Of a DNA stretch of 64,000 nucleotides, positions 1-13,365 are shown in pieces; within the stretch, counting starts at the first letter, position 1; each line of letters starts with the position of its first letter. The translations under genes were made by a program, and so were the position numbers. This stretch comes from Octopus vulgaris (lineage: Eukaryota). Below the pieces are notes generated by a model, which was not told the DNA's origin, ran no database searches, and worked only from the letters and a program-made list of their open reading frames with translations. The stretch is from the NCBI GenBank assembly GCA_951406725.2, contig OX597818.1:70742001-70806000 (forward strand), read 5' to 3'.

Positions 1-9
1 GCTAAAGCT

Positions 10-1200
10 ATAATAAGGAGAGGTAACTTAACCAAAACTGAGAACATTTAATTACTTATTGACACCAAAGTCAGGAATTTAAACCAGAAACATCACTAAA
101 AGTATTTAGGAGGAAATGTAAGTCCTAAGATAAAACAGAAACAGAGAAAATTAGAAAAGCAAAGAAAAGGAATGTGAGACTAATATAATAAATTATTGAA
201 GTTAATGCTAGAAATAAGATTATAGGCTTAAATCTGCCAGCTCTCTCATTGATAAAGTACAGCTTCAATATGATAAGTTGAAAGTTAAGTGAATTGAAGT
301 GCTAAGTCAGGAAATTACCAACTGCATCATGAAGCCAGTACCCTAATATGGTGAAAGAACAGACCTATTCCACATAGAAGGAACATGGGTCTGATGTAGA
401 CAGAAAACTATTTCAAAGCAAAAAGAAGGGGACTAGAAAAATGGAGGTAAACAAATAGAATGGGGTTAATGTAAAAGAGAAAGATGAAAAGAAGACAAAA
501 ATAACTAAATAAAGAAACAATGAAGTAGAAAATAGAAACGAATTCCACCGAAAAGATTTGAATAAAAACAAACGAAAATATTTAAAAGGTAAAAAGAGAA
601 AATATGCTAAAGAAAAGATGGAAAGACCAATCACTTGATAACCAATATCCTGCAAGACGAGATAGAGAGGAAATAAAGCAGAGCGAAAGTCAATAGTTGC
701 TCCGAAATTCTGGACTAAAAGCAGAAACAGGTCTTATTTTAGCTGCAACAGACCAATGAGCAACAATTAATAATTACAAGAATGAAAACTAATATAGGTA
801 ACATCCCGTCTAGATGAGGTGTTCAGTAGATGGTTGAGATGATTATTTCTGGCTGCCCAATTCATGCCAAGTGTGAATGTATTCATAAATGAGTTAGCAG
901 CTGTGACCAGTGGTCAGTTGCCAACACATCGATGTGTAAATGGATAAGAAGTGAGAAGAACATTTACCAACCATTGAGTATGAAAACCACCTGACCACAG
1001 TTCAGTGGGACATGTGTACTCAGAGGGAGAGATAAGATCAAGACAAGTTGTCCAGATATAATTGTCAAGGACTGAAGAAAATATTTGTATTCTGATCAAC
1101 ATTTTGATCCCTATTTGATCCAGAAGGAGGTGGGAAAACTCTCAAAGAACAAGGATCTTGAAGAAAGCAAAATGTGGGAGGAGAAACTAAAAATAGATCC
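10..1200 (+). mobile_element. Degenerate 3' part of an R4/Dong-like non-LTR retrotransposon (RT thumb, Cys/His knuckle region, restriction-like endonuclease)
   Basis: Manual translation across stops and frameshifts gives KYLG, NARNKIIGLN..ALSLIKYSFNMIS, GLKAET-GLILAATDQ, IISGCP and CPDIIVKD..ICILINILIP..KDLE. This is the motif order typical of R4-clade ORF C-termini. Confidence 0.7.
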
Positions 1201-2070
1201 ATTCGTACTTAGAACATGAAACATCATAAAGAAGATGATGAACAAAAACATAGAAACCATAGCAGAACTTATCACATCAAACATACCCCAAATGATCTCT
1301 GTTTGGTACAGTTCATATCCTTTGCACTTTCACAACTCAACCAGCAAACTCTCTCCATAATTATACATACTCTATACAATAACCAGCCTCTAAAATAACT
1401 TGTATAAAACAGACTGTATGGAATCATGACCAAACTCAACACATTCCCTTCCAAATTGCTGCCAAACACAATATCACACGATGCAAACTCTACTTAATCA
1501 CCAACCAATCAAATAACACAATGCACACTGTTACATAATTGATATCTGACACTTTAATTGCAACAAAATCCAGTTGTGTCTCTCTACATGAATATATTTC
1601 TACCTTTACAGTACATGTGCCTAACAATCACAACCTGCCTCCAAAACATTCAACACCAATCTCAGCTTCTGCAAAACATAAGAACTTCCTAACGCAAACT
1701 CACATGGCCTTGATTCTACACAAAAAGAGTGACACTTAAACTGGACATTAGAGCCTACCAAGGGGTGTTTTGAGCCCACAAGAGGAAGGGTGTGTTAAAG
1801 GGGGTTACTAAGAGGGAGGTTGAGTTGTCAGAGGGTTCGGGATTCTCCTTGGAATTAAAATATTTAAATCAACTACAATAGTTACATTTTAACTGCATTT
1901 TCAAGACAAAGAAATAACTTGTTGAGGTTAAAATCTAATCAAGATTATTCTTATGTTAATGACCAGAACACAACGAACCTATGAAGAGATTTCATCTCAG
2001 ACAATTCCACTTTCTAAAGGTGTGTGTATACATTTACTATGATTCTAATAGGGAAATGGTTTGAGTATTC

Positions 2071-2390
2071 GTGGCTTAATGGTTAATGTATTCAGCTCCC
2101 AATCATAAGTTCATGGGTTCAATTCCTGACGGTGTATTGTGTCCTTGAACAAGACACTTTATTTCACTTTATTGCTTTACTCCACTCACCTGGGAAAAAT
2201 AAGTTGCACCTGTTATTCAAAGGGCCAACTTTCTCACATTCTGTGTCATGCTGAATCTCCCTGGGAATTATGTTAAGGGAGTGCGTGTCCATGGAGTGCT
2301 CAGCCATTTACATGGTCATTTTATGAGCAGGTTGTTTTGTTGATTGCATTAACTGGAATCCTCATTGACATAATCAATGGAATGCCAGTC
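2071..2390 (+). mobile_element. tRNA-derived SINE, family D (old copy)
   Basis: A-box GTGGCTTAATGG, B-box GGTTCAATTCC and CORE-like TGTGTCCTTGAACAAGACAC. The 3' body aligns with the copy at 18817-19199. Confidence 0.75.
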
Positions 2391-3196
2391 ATAATGATGT
2401 ATATACATTTAGTATGATTCACAGATAGCAATTACTGATGATGCACAAGGCTCCAATTTCATGACTTCAGTTCTTAACTTCTTATAATTTCATTTAAAAA
2501 ATTGAACTTAGATGACACTAATCCATGTCAAAGATCTATATCTCACTCTAAAGAGTCATTATGTGAAATAAAAAGAGACCCATATGCTACCTTAAAGGAT
2601 CGCATCTGACTCTATGAGGCTCATATATAAACCGCTATACAGCTAATGCCCTTTATCAGATTGAAGTCAATCATTTTTTTGTTTCTGTTTTTGTTTTGTT
2701 AAGAACTAAAATAAATGAAGATTTCCAATTGGAATTCTAACAAAATGTCAATCAATGTATGAACCTTATAGTTTTTAGAGAAACAACTTGGAATTTCTGC
2801 CCAGCTGATTCCCACTAGTTTTCTCAAGATCTTGTAATTATCATTTAATAGTAGAGGCTCCCTTTCCCTTGCCAACCCCGATTCTACTCAGAATAAATAA
2901 ATTGCTGCAGTTGAACTCTGCAAATTGTCAATCCTCACATATAACATGTGATTAATGTATTTAATAGATTTGGGTCTGAAATCATTACCAACCAAAGAAT
3001 ACTGTTGATGCTTTCACATCATGTCTCCCACCTTCCATGGTTTTAATGTCCTCAGAAGCAGTCGATCATCCAATCGCTTTCTGTTGATATTTCTCTCTAG
3101 TTATCTCTCTCTTTATCCATCCAGTGATCTGTCATCTAGCTCTATCCATGTGTGTGTGTGTGTATGTGCATACATGTATATCTATATGTGTGTATG

Positions 3197-3231
<35 letters not shown>

Positions 3232-3237
3232 ATTTCA

Positions 3238-3593
3238 TTCTTTTACTTGTTTCTGTCATTTCACTGTGGCCATGCTGGAGCACCGCCTTGAAGTGTTTTA
3301 GTCAAACAAATCAAACACAGGACTTGTTTTTAAGCCTAGTACTTATTCTATCAGTCACTTTTGTTGAACTGCTACGTTAGGGCGACATAAATCCATCAAC
3401 ACCAGTTGTCAAGTGATAATGCAGGGGACACACAGACACACATACATGTATATATATAATGGGTTTCTTTCAGTTTCTGTCTACCAAATCGATTCACAAG
3501 GATTTGGTCAGCCCAGGGTGCCAAGCAGTAGGACTGAACTCAAAACCATTTGGCTAGGAAGCAAGCTTCTTACCACACAGCCAAGCCTGCACC
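3238..3593 (-). mobile_element. SINE family A, tail type A1
   Basis: The reverse complement aligns with 54406-54815 (head GGCTGTGTGGTAAGAAGCTTGC, tail GGTGCTCCAGCATGGCC..ATGAC.GAAACAAGTAAAAGA). Confidence 0.8.
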
Positions 3594-3597
3594 TATG

Positions 3598-3633
<36 letters not shown>

Positions 3634-3840
3634 TGTATGTATGTATATATATATGTATGTATGTATATATATATATGTATGTATGTATGTATATATGTAT
3701 GTATGTATGTATATATGTATGTATGTATGTATGTGTGTGTGTATGTGTGTATATGTATGTATGTATAAGTATGTATGTTTATAAATATATGTATATACAC
3801 ATATATATATGTATGTATATATATATATATATATATATAA

Positions 3841-3872
<32 letters not shown>
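3594..3872. repeat. Compound (TA)n/(TATG)n microsatellite
   Basis: Seen directly. It is the source of spurious YI/MYVC ORFs. Confidence 0.95.
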
Positions 3873-4018
3873 TTAAGCAAAATATTTGAGTGTTTACATT
3901 TGAAATAAGATGTCACTATTGTTAATGTAATCTGTGGTGAATATTTTCAACTGATAATATTAACCACAGTATCTTCGGCAGTTCGCAGTTGTAATAGTAT
4001 TATATAGCTATAAAATCT

Positions 4019-4624
4019 AAAATTAGCATGGCACATAAGGATATGGGAAGCATCAACCTGTTTAGAAATAAGAGCTAGAATCCCAATTCAACCACCTGAA
4101 GGCACCAAAGGAACAGAAAAATAGCAGTAAGCAAGGAAATGGATGAAGAATTAAGACATTAAAAAGCATGCCTTTAAAGATTATGCCATTCAGATGCTTA
4201 TATACTATGGTTTTGGTTTCTGGCTCAATGGGCCTCACGCTTCTTCCGTATGAGTTACTGGGAAAAAATTCTAAATCCACCCCGTTATAAATCCACTAGC
4301 GCTCTGGCTTGTTTTGCACCAAACCAGTCCACATGATGCAAAAATATTTCAATGTTTACATTTGAAATAAGATGCTACTATTGTTAATATTACCTGTGGT
4401 GAATATTTTTAATTGATAATATTAACAGCTGTAACATGGTATATGAGCATCTGTGTGGCATAATCTTTAAAGGTATGCTTTTTAATGTCTTAATTCTTCA
4501 TCCATTTCCTCACTTACTGTTATTTTCTGTTATTATGGTTCCTTCTGGCACCAAAATTGGGACTTTAGCTCCTATTTCTAAACAGGTTGAGGCTTTTTGT
4601 ATCCTTATGCTTTGTGCTAATTTT
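4019..4624. mobile_element. Fold-back/MITE-like element with ~190-bp inverted arms
   Basis: 4019-4209 is the diverged reverse complement of 4435-4624 (e.g. GGAAATGGATGAAGAATTAAGACATTAAAAAGCAT / ATGCTTTTTAATGTCTTAATTCTTCATCCATTTCC). Confidence 0.8.
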
Positions 4625-4850
4625 ATATATATATATATATATAAATCGTCATTTTCATTTTAACTTCCTCTTTTCTATGTTTCCATGGGTCACATAAAAT
4701 TTGTTAATGCAGATTTTCTAGGGCTAAATGCTTTTCCTATCCTCACCCCTCACCTGTTTTCAAGCCAGGTAATATTTCCCTTCAAACTCCGAAACACAAA
4801 CAGCTGAAAGCTAAACTTGATCCTACAAAAGTTGCAGTCAAATAACTGTG

Positions 4851-4890
<40 letters not shown>

Positions 4891-5376
4891 TGAGCCCAAA
4901 ATAATCAAAAACCGATTCCACTAGCAGAATATTTTCTGTTGCAAGTGTTCCGGCCTAGTCTTGTTCTACCAGAGCTGCTCACCTTTACGCATTGCCATAG
5001 TTTTCAGCAATAAAAAAGGTCTTAGTGTCTTCAGATAAACTTCAAATGCCCGAATAGAATTGAAAATTTCAGGGGACATTTAGTGTTTCTTGTGGTGGGG
5101 CATGGAGGATGTACTCAACAGGGAAATAGTTTGACAAATCTGGAAATAAACAAAAATAAAAAATATTAACAGATTTCCATGAAGTGATGATGATGATTAC
5201 GTTCATGTTCATCAATTGATGAAAACTACTTCATTAGCAGAGTGGCACTTCATCAGGAGACACAGTCACATGGAAAAGGGGGATGTGCTAGAGAATTGTG
5301 ACTGCTCTCCAGTACGTCACACACACACACACACCCATGCATGTGATCATATCCTTATTAATATATTATCCTAAGT

Positions 5377-5590
5377 GGCGGCAATCTGGTAGAAAGATTA
5401 GCACGTTGGGTGATATGTTTAGCGGTATTTTGTCTGTCTTTCTGTTCTGAGTTCAAATTCTGCCAAGGTCAACTGTGCCTTTCTTCCTTTCGGGGTCGAT
5501 AAATTAAGTACCAGTTGTGTACTGGGGTCGATCTAATCAACTGGCCCCCTCCTTCAAAATTTTGGGCCTTGTGCCGAGAGTAGAAAAGAA
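5377..5590 (+). mobile_element. SINE family B, tail type B1
   Basis: GGCGGCAA.CTGG head, GAGTTCAAATTC B-box, central CCTTTCGGGGTCGATAAATTAAGTACCAG module and tail GGCCTTGTGCC..AGTAGAAA. Matches 15775-15987. Confidence 0.8.
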
Positions 5591-5946
5591 TATATTATCT
5601 TAAGACAGTCCTTCACACACACAAACATACAGTTATACAAATATAACAGTGAATATGTGTGATCCACGCTGTTTGAAATATCTGAATATTTACCAATTCC
5701 ATGGATATTCTGCTCTCCTCTTTGTCTGTTGTTGCTTTTCCATTTAAATATTTGCTTCTGTATTAAGGACAAGGAAAATTAATTCCATTCTAGTAAACCA
5801 GAAAATGCACTCATGTGCACTCATACGTATGCATACATGCAGACAGGAAGGCATTTAGGGAGACAGAGAAACAGCCCTTTTTTTTTTGGTGTTTGTTTGT
5901 ATTTGTTAGTAAGCCTGACTAAACATAAGCTATTCCATGGTAAATG

Positions 5947-6000
<54 letters not shown>

Positions 6001-6216
6001 ATGTATGTATGTATATATATGTATGTGTGTATGTATGTATGTATATATATGTATATAGTTCAAATATTTATATATTTATACACACACACACCCACGTATA
6101 TCACATTGTACCTAGCTGTTTATATTGATGTTTATTATACACCCACACATAGAGACATATTTATATCCGTGCACTTACATGCATAAGTGCCTGTTTGTGT
6201 CTATACACAGACATTC

Positions 6217-6400
6217 TATCATCCCTTCCCATCCGTGTTCCACGCTGGAATGGCTTGAACTGTTTGACCGGGTTCAACTGATCCAAAGTCTGTGCCGTAA
6301 CTCCAATGTCCGTTTTGGCATTGTTCCTATGCCTGAATGCCCTTCTTAATGCCAACCACTTTGCAAAGTATTCCAGGAGCTTTCTTTATGCCACCAACAC
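6217..6400 (-). mobile_element. RTE 3'-tail-bearing short repeat (family C), degenerate
   Basis: Reverse complement similar to 37160-37325 (GTGGTTGGCATTAAGAAGGGCATTCAG). Confidence 0.55.
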
Positions 6401-6477
6401 TAGGGAGCTTACCAAGTCGGCTGCATGGCTAACAGACTCCTTCATTGATTGGGTGTGTTGGAGAAAAGGAAAAGCCA

Positions 6478-6490
6478 TATAGATAGATAG

Positions 6491-6550
<60 letters not shown>

Positions 6551-6730
6551 GTATATATTTATGTATGTATGTATGTATGTATGTGTGTATGTATGTATGT
6601 GTGTATGTATGTATGTATGTATGTATGTATGTATGTATGTGTGTATGTATGTGTGTATGTATGTATGTATGTGTGTATGTATGTGTGTATGTATGTATGT
6701 ATGTGTGTATGTATGTGTGTATGTATGTAC
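6478..6730. repeat. Compound (GATA)/(CA)/(TA)/(TATG) microsatellite
   Basis: Seen directly. Confidence 0.95.
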
Positions 6731-6939
6731 ATTCATCTTCATCATCGTTTAATGTCTGCCTTCCATGCTAGCATGGGTGGACACATATATAGACACACAC
6801 ACATATAGTAAAAGGTGGTAAATATATGAATATGTATGTATGTATTCTATGCCCTGTCCAGCCCATGCTAAGCATGGGCAACAGATGTAAAGGATGATGA
6901 TAATAATGATGATTATGATGATGACAGTGTATGTATGCA

Positions 6940-7001
<62 letters not shown>

Positions 7002-7241
7002 TATGGATATAACCCTGAACAGTGTGCAGTGGTTTTATAAGCTTTCTGATAATTGAGTCAATAGTTGTTAGTTCAGAGATTTCCTTTCATTAATAATTTG
7101 TCTCTTGTTAATCCAACAACTCAGTCACTCAGACTGAGATACATTTTTAACAAAACCAATTTCCTCCTCTTCAAGACAAACTCTTCAGTGCTATGCCAGC
7201 AGTGACCAAATAACACTCACAGTACAAGTTTTTCAAAAGTA

Positions 7242-7274
<33 letters not shown>

Positions 7275-7663
7275 TTGTTTTCCACTGATGTCCAAGGAAG
7301 ACCATCACTGACCATTTCCCATGCAAAATGCCAACAATGCCCATGAATGAAGTTGTTATTGCTCCTCCAGCCATCGACACCCTCTGGTTTCATCCTCACC
7401 GTGGCTCCCTCCGACATGCATCAGACAGTTGCCTCCCTGGCATTGCACAACCTAAAATGTTTAATCCAAACAACTCACAGACCCTCTCCCCCACTATTGA
7501 TATGATCCAGAGGGAAGCTAAAGCATGTCTAGTGCCAATATGTGCCACAGGAATGTGAGAGTGCCAGCATCTCAGGCACAAGCAAAACATCTCCAAAATG
7601 TTCTTTGCCATTCCCTACATATTTTGCTTTTGTGTCAGAGTGAGCTTCTCCTACACACATACT

Positions 7664-7700
<37 letters not shown>

Positions 7701-7854
7701 TAAAGCATGTCTCTAGGAGAAGTTCACTCTGAACTGAATATATATATATATATCATTGTTCAATTTTATTTCAAGATTTCTTGCTAATAGAAAAATAGTT
7801 AGTTTCTAACCTAGATGTGTATGTATGTATATACACACACACACACACACACAT

Positions 7855-7964
<110 letters not shown>

Positions 7965-8584
7965 CCATGCTAGTAGCTTTGGAGTGAAATTTAAGATTTC
8001 TCAGTTTTCAATGAATGGATTTTGATAAAACTCTTCCCCAGCTGGTTTGCCGCTATGGCAACACTATTGTTATGTTTTCATTATGCTGTGTAATGTCCTT
8101 TATTATTTATTCCAGATTTTTCACTTTTTGTGTTAATCACTCTAATAGCTTTTGAATGAAAATAGCCCATCTAAACTTTATTTTTTTTTTCAGAAAATGA
8201 AGGATAATGTTACATATTAAATATATATTGAGTATAAATTTAACAGAAAACCATAATAATATTATAACATTTATTGACATAATGAATTATTTAGCCACAT
8301 GAGCACCAAGGAAGTAACGATCCAATAGTGGGACTCCAAGACTGTGACAGCTAGGGGTTTAAGGAATATTGGCTGCTAGTTATGTGGGAAACCTAGACAA
8401 ACAAGGAAAGCCATTTCCCGTGCCTCTGGACTTCCTCATGTACTGAAAATGTCTCAACACCATTCATGGAATGGAGACAATTGCTACTACCCCGACAACA
8501 CGAGACATATACAATAGTAACAGTGATCATGGCTGAACATGTATGTCCAAAGTGTATAAGATAAAGAAATGTATTACTTATTGC

Positions 8585-8790
8585 CATCACCATCATCATC
8601 ATCATCATGTCTGTCTTCCATGTTGGCATAAGTTGGACAATTTGACAGGATCCGACGATCCAAAGATTGCATCATGCCTCAATGTTTTTTTTGGTTGGAT
8701 GCCCTTCCTAATGCCAACGACTTTACAGAGTGTGTTGGGTACCTTTTTACATGGCACCAGCCCTAGTGATGATCACCTTGCAATGGTCAG
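8585..8790 (-). mobile_element. RTE 3'-tail-bearing short repeat (family C)
   Basis: (CAT)n followed by CTTCCATG.TGGCAT..GTTGGAC and GGATGCCCTTCCTAATGCCAAC. This is the reverse complement of the family C/RTE tail. Confidence 0.65.
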
Positions 8791-8905
8791 AGCCTATGAC
8801 TGAGGGAGAATAGAAAAGAGAGTGGGCAATGATCTTAGTGGGGAAAATGGTAAGAAAGAGGAGAGAAATGCCATTAGTTATGACCCTCAGAGTTATGCAC
8901 AACAC

Positions 8906-9286
8906 CACAAACCCTTCCTGTAGGCATCCGTTTAGTGGCCAGTCACAAACCCTTCCTGTAGGCATCCGTTTAGTGGCCAGTCACAAACCCTTCCTGTAGG
9001 CATCCGTTTAGTGGCCAGTCACAAACCCTTCCTGTAGGCATCCGTTTAGTGGCCAGTCACAAACCCTTCCTGTAGGCATCCGTTTAGTGGCCAGTCACAA
9101 ACCCTTCCTGTAGGCATCCGTTTAGTGGCCAGTCACAAACCCTTCCTGTAGGCATCCGTAGTGGCCAGTCACAAACCCTTCCTGTAGGCATCCGTTTAGT
9201 GGCCAGTCACAAACCCTTCCTGTAGGCATCCGTTTAGTGGCCAGTCACAAACCCTTCCTGTAGGCATCCGTTTAGTGGCCAGTCAC
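8906..9286. repeat. 38-bp minisatellite, 10 head-to-tail units (CACAAACCCTTCCTGTAGGCATCCGTTTAGTGGCCAGT)
   Basis: Units start at 8906, 8944, 8982, 9020, 9058, 9096, 9134 (36 bp, TT deleted), 9170, 9208 and 9246. They are otherwise identical and have no spacers. Confidence 0.97.
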
Positions 9287-11064
9287 TGATGACTTACACA
9301 GGATTACAACAACTGCCTTCTTCTGACCAGAAAGTCAAACCAGTTCTACTCTGTCCGACGGCTGAAATGAAAGAGATTCTGTAGTGGACAAGAGCGAAAT
9401 AACTTTAGATGTGTGTATGTACAAATATGTAGGGGTGGGGGAATGTTTTATTTTGGCTGAGTCTCTTGCTACTCTGAATTTTGCTTGTTGGTATATGGGG
9501 TCCTCAGGCAAGTTATGACTTGTCATAACTTATAGCAAGTCATAACTTGCCTGCAAAACCTCTGCCTCCACAGACAGAACTTACAATGTGAAATGACTGA
9601 CCAAAATAAAAATATTAATCTCTCCTAAAGCACTGAGTCAATGCTAAATGGGGAAATATATTATTCACACACACACACACACACATGCAAATTCCTATTA
9701 AAATGCATCAAATTCATAAATGTCGTGACGTCCTTTGTTCATGAAAGTTCTTTTCATTATTTTCAGTGTAATTTGGTGGTGCTTGATTAGGATAAATTTA
9801 CATCTATGGAATACAAAGTGTGCTGAAAGTGACTTGGTCAACCATTATAAGGTAAACTTAATCATTAGTTGACAAATCCAATGTTTTAATATTTTTTGTG
9901 GTTGTTATTTATGACAAAAGCACACTAGGTTTCAATTAATTTTATTTTTTTAAATAATCAAGAATTTTGTCCAAGTTTATTAAAAAAAAAACAGCATCAA
10001 TTTTTTATTCTACTTTTTTTATTGATTGTCACACAACTTGCAGAGTTTTGATATAAAAAAAATAGAAATTATTATGGAACTTGTGGCTGCTGAATGAAAC
10101 TGCAGGTCATCGTTCACTTCACACTGTAATATGGAGATTTTGATTGAGGTTTTAATTTAAATATGAACTCTTTAACCTTTTCATGGCCATTTTTCTGTTT
10201 GTGTGTTTCAATTCATTTTGAAAATAACCAACAGTTTGCAGAGATTTAGAAAAATAAATTTTCTTTCTATTTATTGATATATTAAAATGATCAAAGTAAA
10301 GGGTGAGGGACTGAATATTGAAGAGAAAACAAATAATTTATTGAAATTGCCTTTGTAGTTGGAAAAGGTAAACAAAAGCCCAGTGTGAAATGACTCTCAA
10401 AAACAAAACAAAAAAAAGAGTGAAAATAATTTCAAGAACTTAATTAATCTTTCCAAGTTAATTGTAAAAATAAAGTAAATACTGCCTCATAGAACCAATT
10501 ACCCAGGGTAAGGACAACTCTGATGATGTTTCATTCTTTTAGTCCTCATCAGCCTAATATTGTCTACTCAAGCCAACCCTTCACATAAAGTTGAAAAAAT
10601 AATTCTGGGCCAATATAATTTGTGTAATTAAAAAAAGAGATATGAAATTAGTCAAGGGAATTGAATCAAATGAATTTAGATAAAGTTTTAAAATTTGAAA
10701 TAAGTTGACAATTCCCTCTTAGTTGAAGAAAGAATACAAAGTCTAGCAGTGACCTTTAACAAAAAGAGAAAATAATTTCAATGAAATACAAATTAAGATA
10801 GTGTTTGGAATTTCACAAAAGTTTGTCATAACATTAAAATAGGTAGTAGTAGTAGTAGTAGCAGTAGCAGCAGCAGCAGCAGCACAAGCAGGAACAGACT
10901 TTTGCAGTGATTTGATATGAAGTGGGGGAAATAATTCTTGGGTCTCTCCTACCAACTGACTCAAGAGATTTCATAGATTTGATAGCAGAAATTCTACATT
11001 GGATCAGCAAAAAAATATTGCTTCCACATAGATTCATTGTAGCCATTAGAATTGTTAGTATAGA

Positions 11065-11094
<30 letters not shown>

Positions 11095-11095
<1 letters not shown>

Positions 11096-11265
11096 CATCT
11101 TGTTTGCCTTCATCATTGGTTGATAATCAGTGTTGGTTTTTGTCCCTAGAATTTAATACTTTGGCAAAAAGATAGAATAGGCACCAGACTAGATACTGGG
11201 GGCAACTATGTAATTTCAAGGCTGTGCCCCAGTATGGCCAGAGTTCAATGACTAGAGCAAGTGAT
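11095..11265 (+). mobile_element. 3' half of SINE family A (A1 tail), degenerate
   Basis: GGCAAAAAGATAGAATAGG..CTGGGG..GTGCCCCAGTATGGCC..AATGACT matches the 3' half of 54406-54815. Confidence 0.6.
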
Positions 11266-11884
11266 TAAAACAATATTAATAGAAGTGACAAAATGTGCAA
11301 TAAATGGCCATAGCCATCTTGATTGGAACCAGTAAAAGAGTGGCAGAGGAAGAAGTGTCAATATCACAGATAGATAGAAAGATAGACAGGCAGGCAGACA
11401 GAAAGACAGACAGACAGACAGACAGAGAGATCACTTTGGTTTCGAGGGAACTGCTAATGTCTATTTGACCTTATTTTGGATCTGAAAGTAATTTCTCCAT
11501 AGCACTTACCATTTTCCAAGTCTCCTCTGAACTAATTGATTGCCAGAATTCCTTGGCCTACTTCTGTTCAATGCTTGTTACTCTGACATTGGGTTGCAGT
11601 GCATTTGATAAACAGATACATATTCAAAGAAAATCGGCAGAAGAAAATATTACAAAATTTCTTCCAATTCATACGTTTTTCAGAAAATATACTTTTTGAA
11701 AAAATGTGCTTTCTTAAAGAAATAATAAAATGAGAAAAAGAAAAAGTGAGATGCATTTGTGACACACATGTGAGTAGTTGTGTGTGCCATTTTGATGTAG
11801 GATGCACGTGGATAACACACATACTTCTGAGTGTGAGCATGTATACATATTTACATAGATATACATGTGCACACTGCATCTCTC

Positions 11885-12120
<236 letters not shown>

Positions 12121-13189
12121 CTGAGAATCAAGCAAACGGAGATTCCCGCAGATCGCATTTTTGGATATCGCCTGTGCTAGCTGGCATAGGTTCAAATCCC
12201 ACCCACACCACCACCACCGTCTCTGGAATGTAGAACACTGACTAAATACCAATCTTGAGAAATTAGGCTCTCAAAACCAGAACAGAAAAAACTGATTCGA
12301 AGACTACAGATCCAATGAATCACTGGAACTGTAAAACTTTCCAGAAGTTTATCATTGAAATATATATGAGCATGTCTAGATATGCAAGTATATGCATGAG
12401 AAGGTATACATAAAACATACAGATCTGCACATACATACATACATATACATACATACATACATATACATACATACATGCATGCACACATACTTACAAACAT
12501 ACATTCATACATACATACATATACATACATACATACATACATACATGCACACATACACATACATATATACACTGATACATACATATACGCACATACATAC
12601 ATACGCACATACATACATACATACCTATACTAGCTTAAAAGCTACACTCCATGCAGACCTTTTAAGCTAGCTCCTGTGGACGGCTAATTGGACCTACAGC
12701 CTAAAACTGAAGAGAGCTAAACAAGATGACAATAATATGTCTATAATGACTGTATGCCTTGGTGGTGTTTGATCAGAGGTTCAGGTTGGATCAGAATTAA
12801 TGCTGTAATGCAATCATTCTATTGTTCCAATCCCAAGTTGAATTCCAGCTGTTGGCCAGTTTGTCCTGAAGTTCTTATCTTGATGTAAAATTAATGAAGG
12901 GAATTTTATTTATCTCCCCCTTGATTTCTGACAAATGCTAACCAAGATGGCATGAATCAGCCAAGCTTGACAAGCAAGAAACTTTAAGTTACACAAGGCC
13001 GAATCAAACTGTTTTAAATAATAATACATGTAACCCCTACAAGGTGGGTTGAGTGCCTTTTTCTTTTGTTTGTCCACTCACTCCCGAGTGACAACTTGAA
13101 GAAACATCATTTTCCACAGTCTTGGGTTGATCTGTCTCTTGTGAGTGAAAGTGGACAGATAGAAACTGCACTGCGGTCTGGATTGCGGC

Positions 13190-13365
13190 AGTAATTCAAA
13201 GGTACAACTTTGTCATGCATCGTGTCTGACTAATTCTACTAAGAATTATGTTAGGGGTACATGTGTCTTTGAAATACTCAGCCACTTTCCTGTTAATACA
13301 ATAAGCAGGAAATTTAATTGATCAACTAACTCAGTCTTCATCATTGAAACCCACAGAACTCCATC
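13190..13365 (+). mobile_element. 3' body of SINE family D, degenerate
   Basis: TTCAAAGG..TTGTCA..GAATTATGTTAGGGGTACATGTGTC..CTCAGCCACTT matches 19020-19196. Confidence 0.6.

Noticed and set aside
3021-3908. ORFs rich in YI, CV, HT and MYVC (also at 5.8-6.8, 11.7-12.7, 20.2-20.9 and 43.3-43.9 kb)
   Set aside because: These are stop-free translations of (TA), (TG) and (TATG) microsatellites with no coding signal.
5238-5256. 19-nt exact match to the fold-back arm at 49325-49343
   Set aside because: The similarity does not extend on either side by eye, so no element can be called.
7290-7660. Possible piggyBac-like Cys-rich C-terminal remnant or exon
   Set aside because: Cys/His spacing only emerges after assuming several frameshifts, and there are no TIRs or catalytic motifs.
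8906-9286. CRISPR array (repeat length in the CRISPR range)
   Set aside because: Units are directly adjacent with no unique spacers, no cas genes are present and the context is eukaryotic. It is a minisatellite.
10515-10560. Third hammerhead candidate on the minus strand (CTGATGAGGAC..GAAACATCATC)
   Set aside because: Stems I, II and III do not pair. At best it is an unrecognisably decayed remnant.
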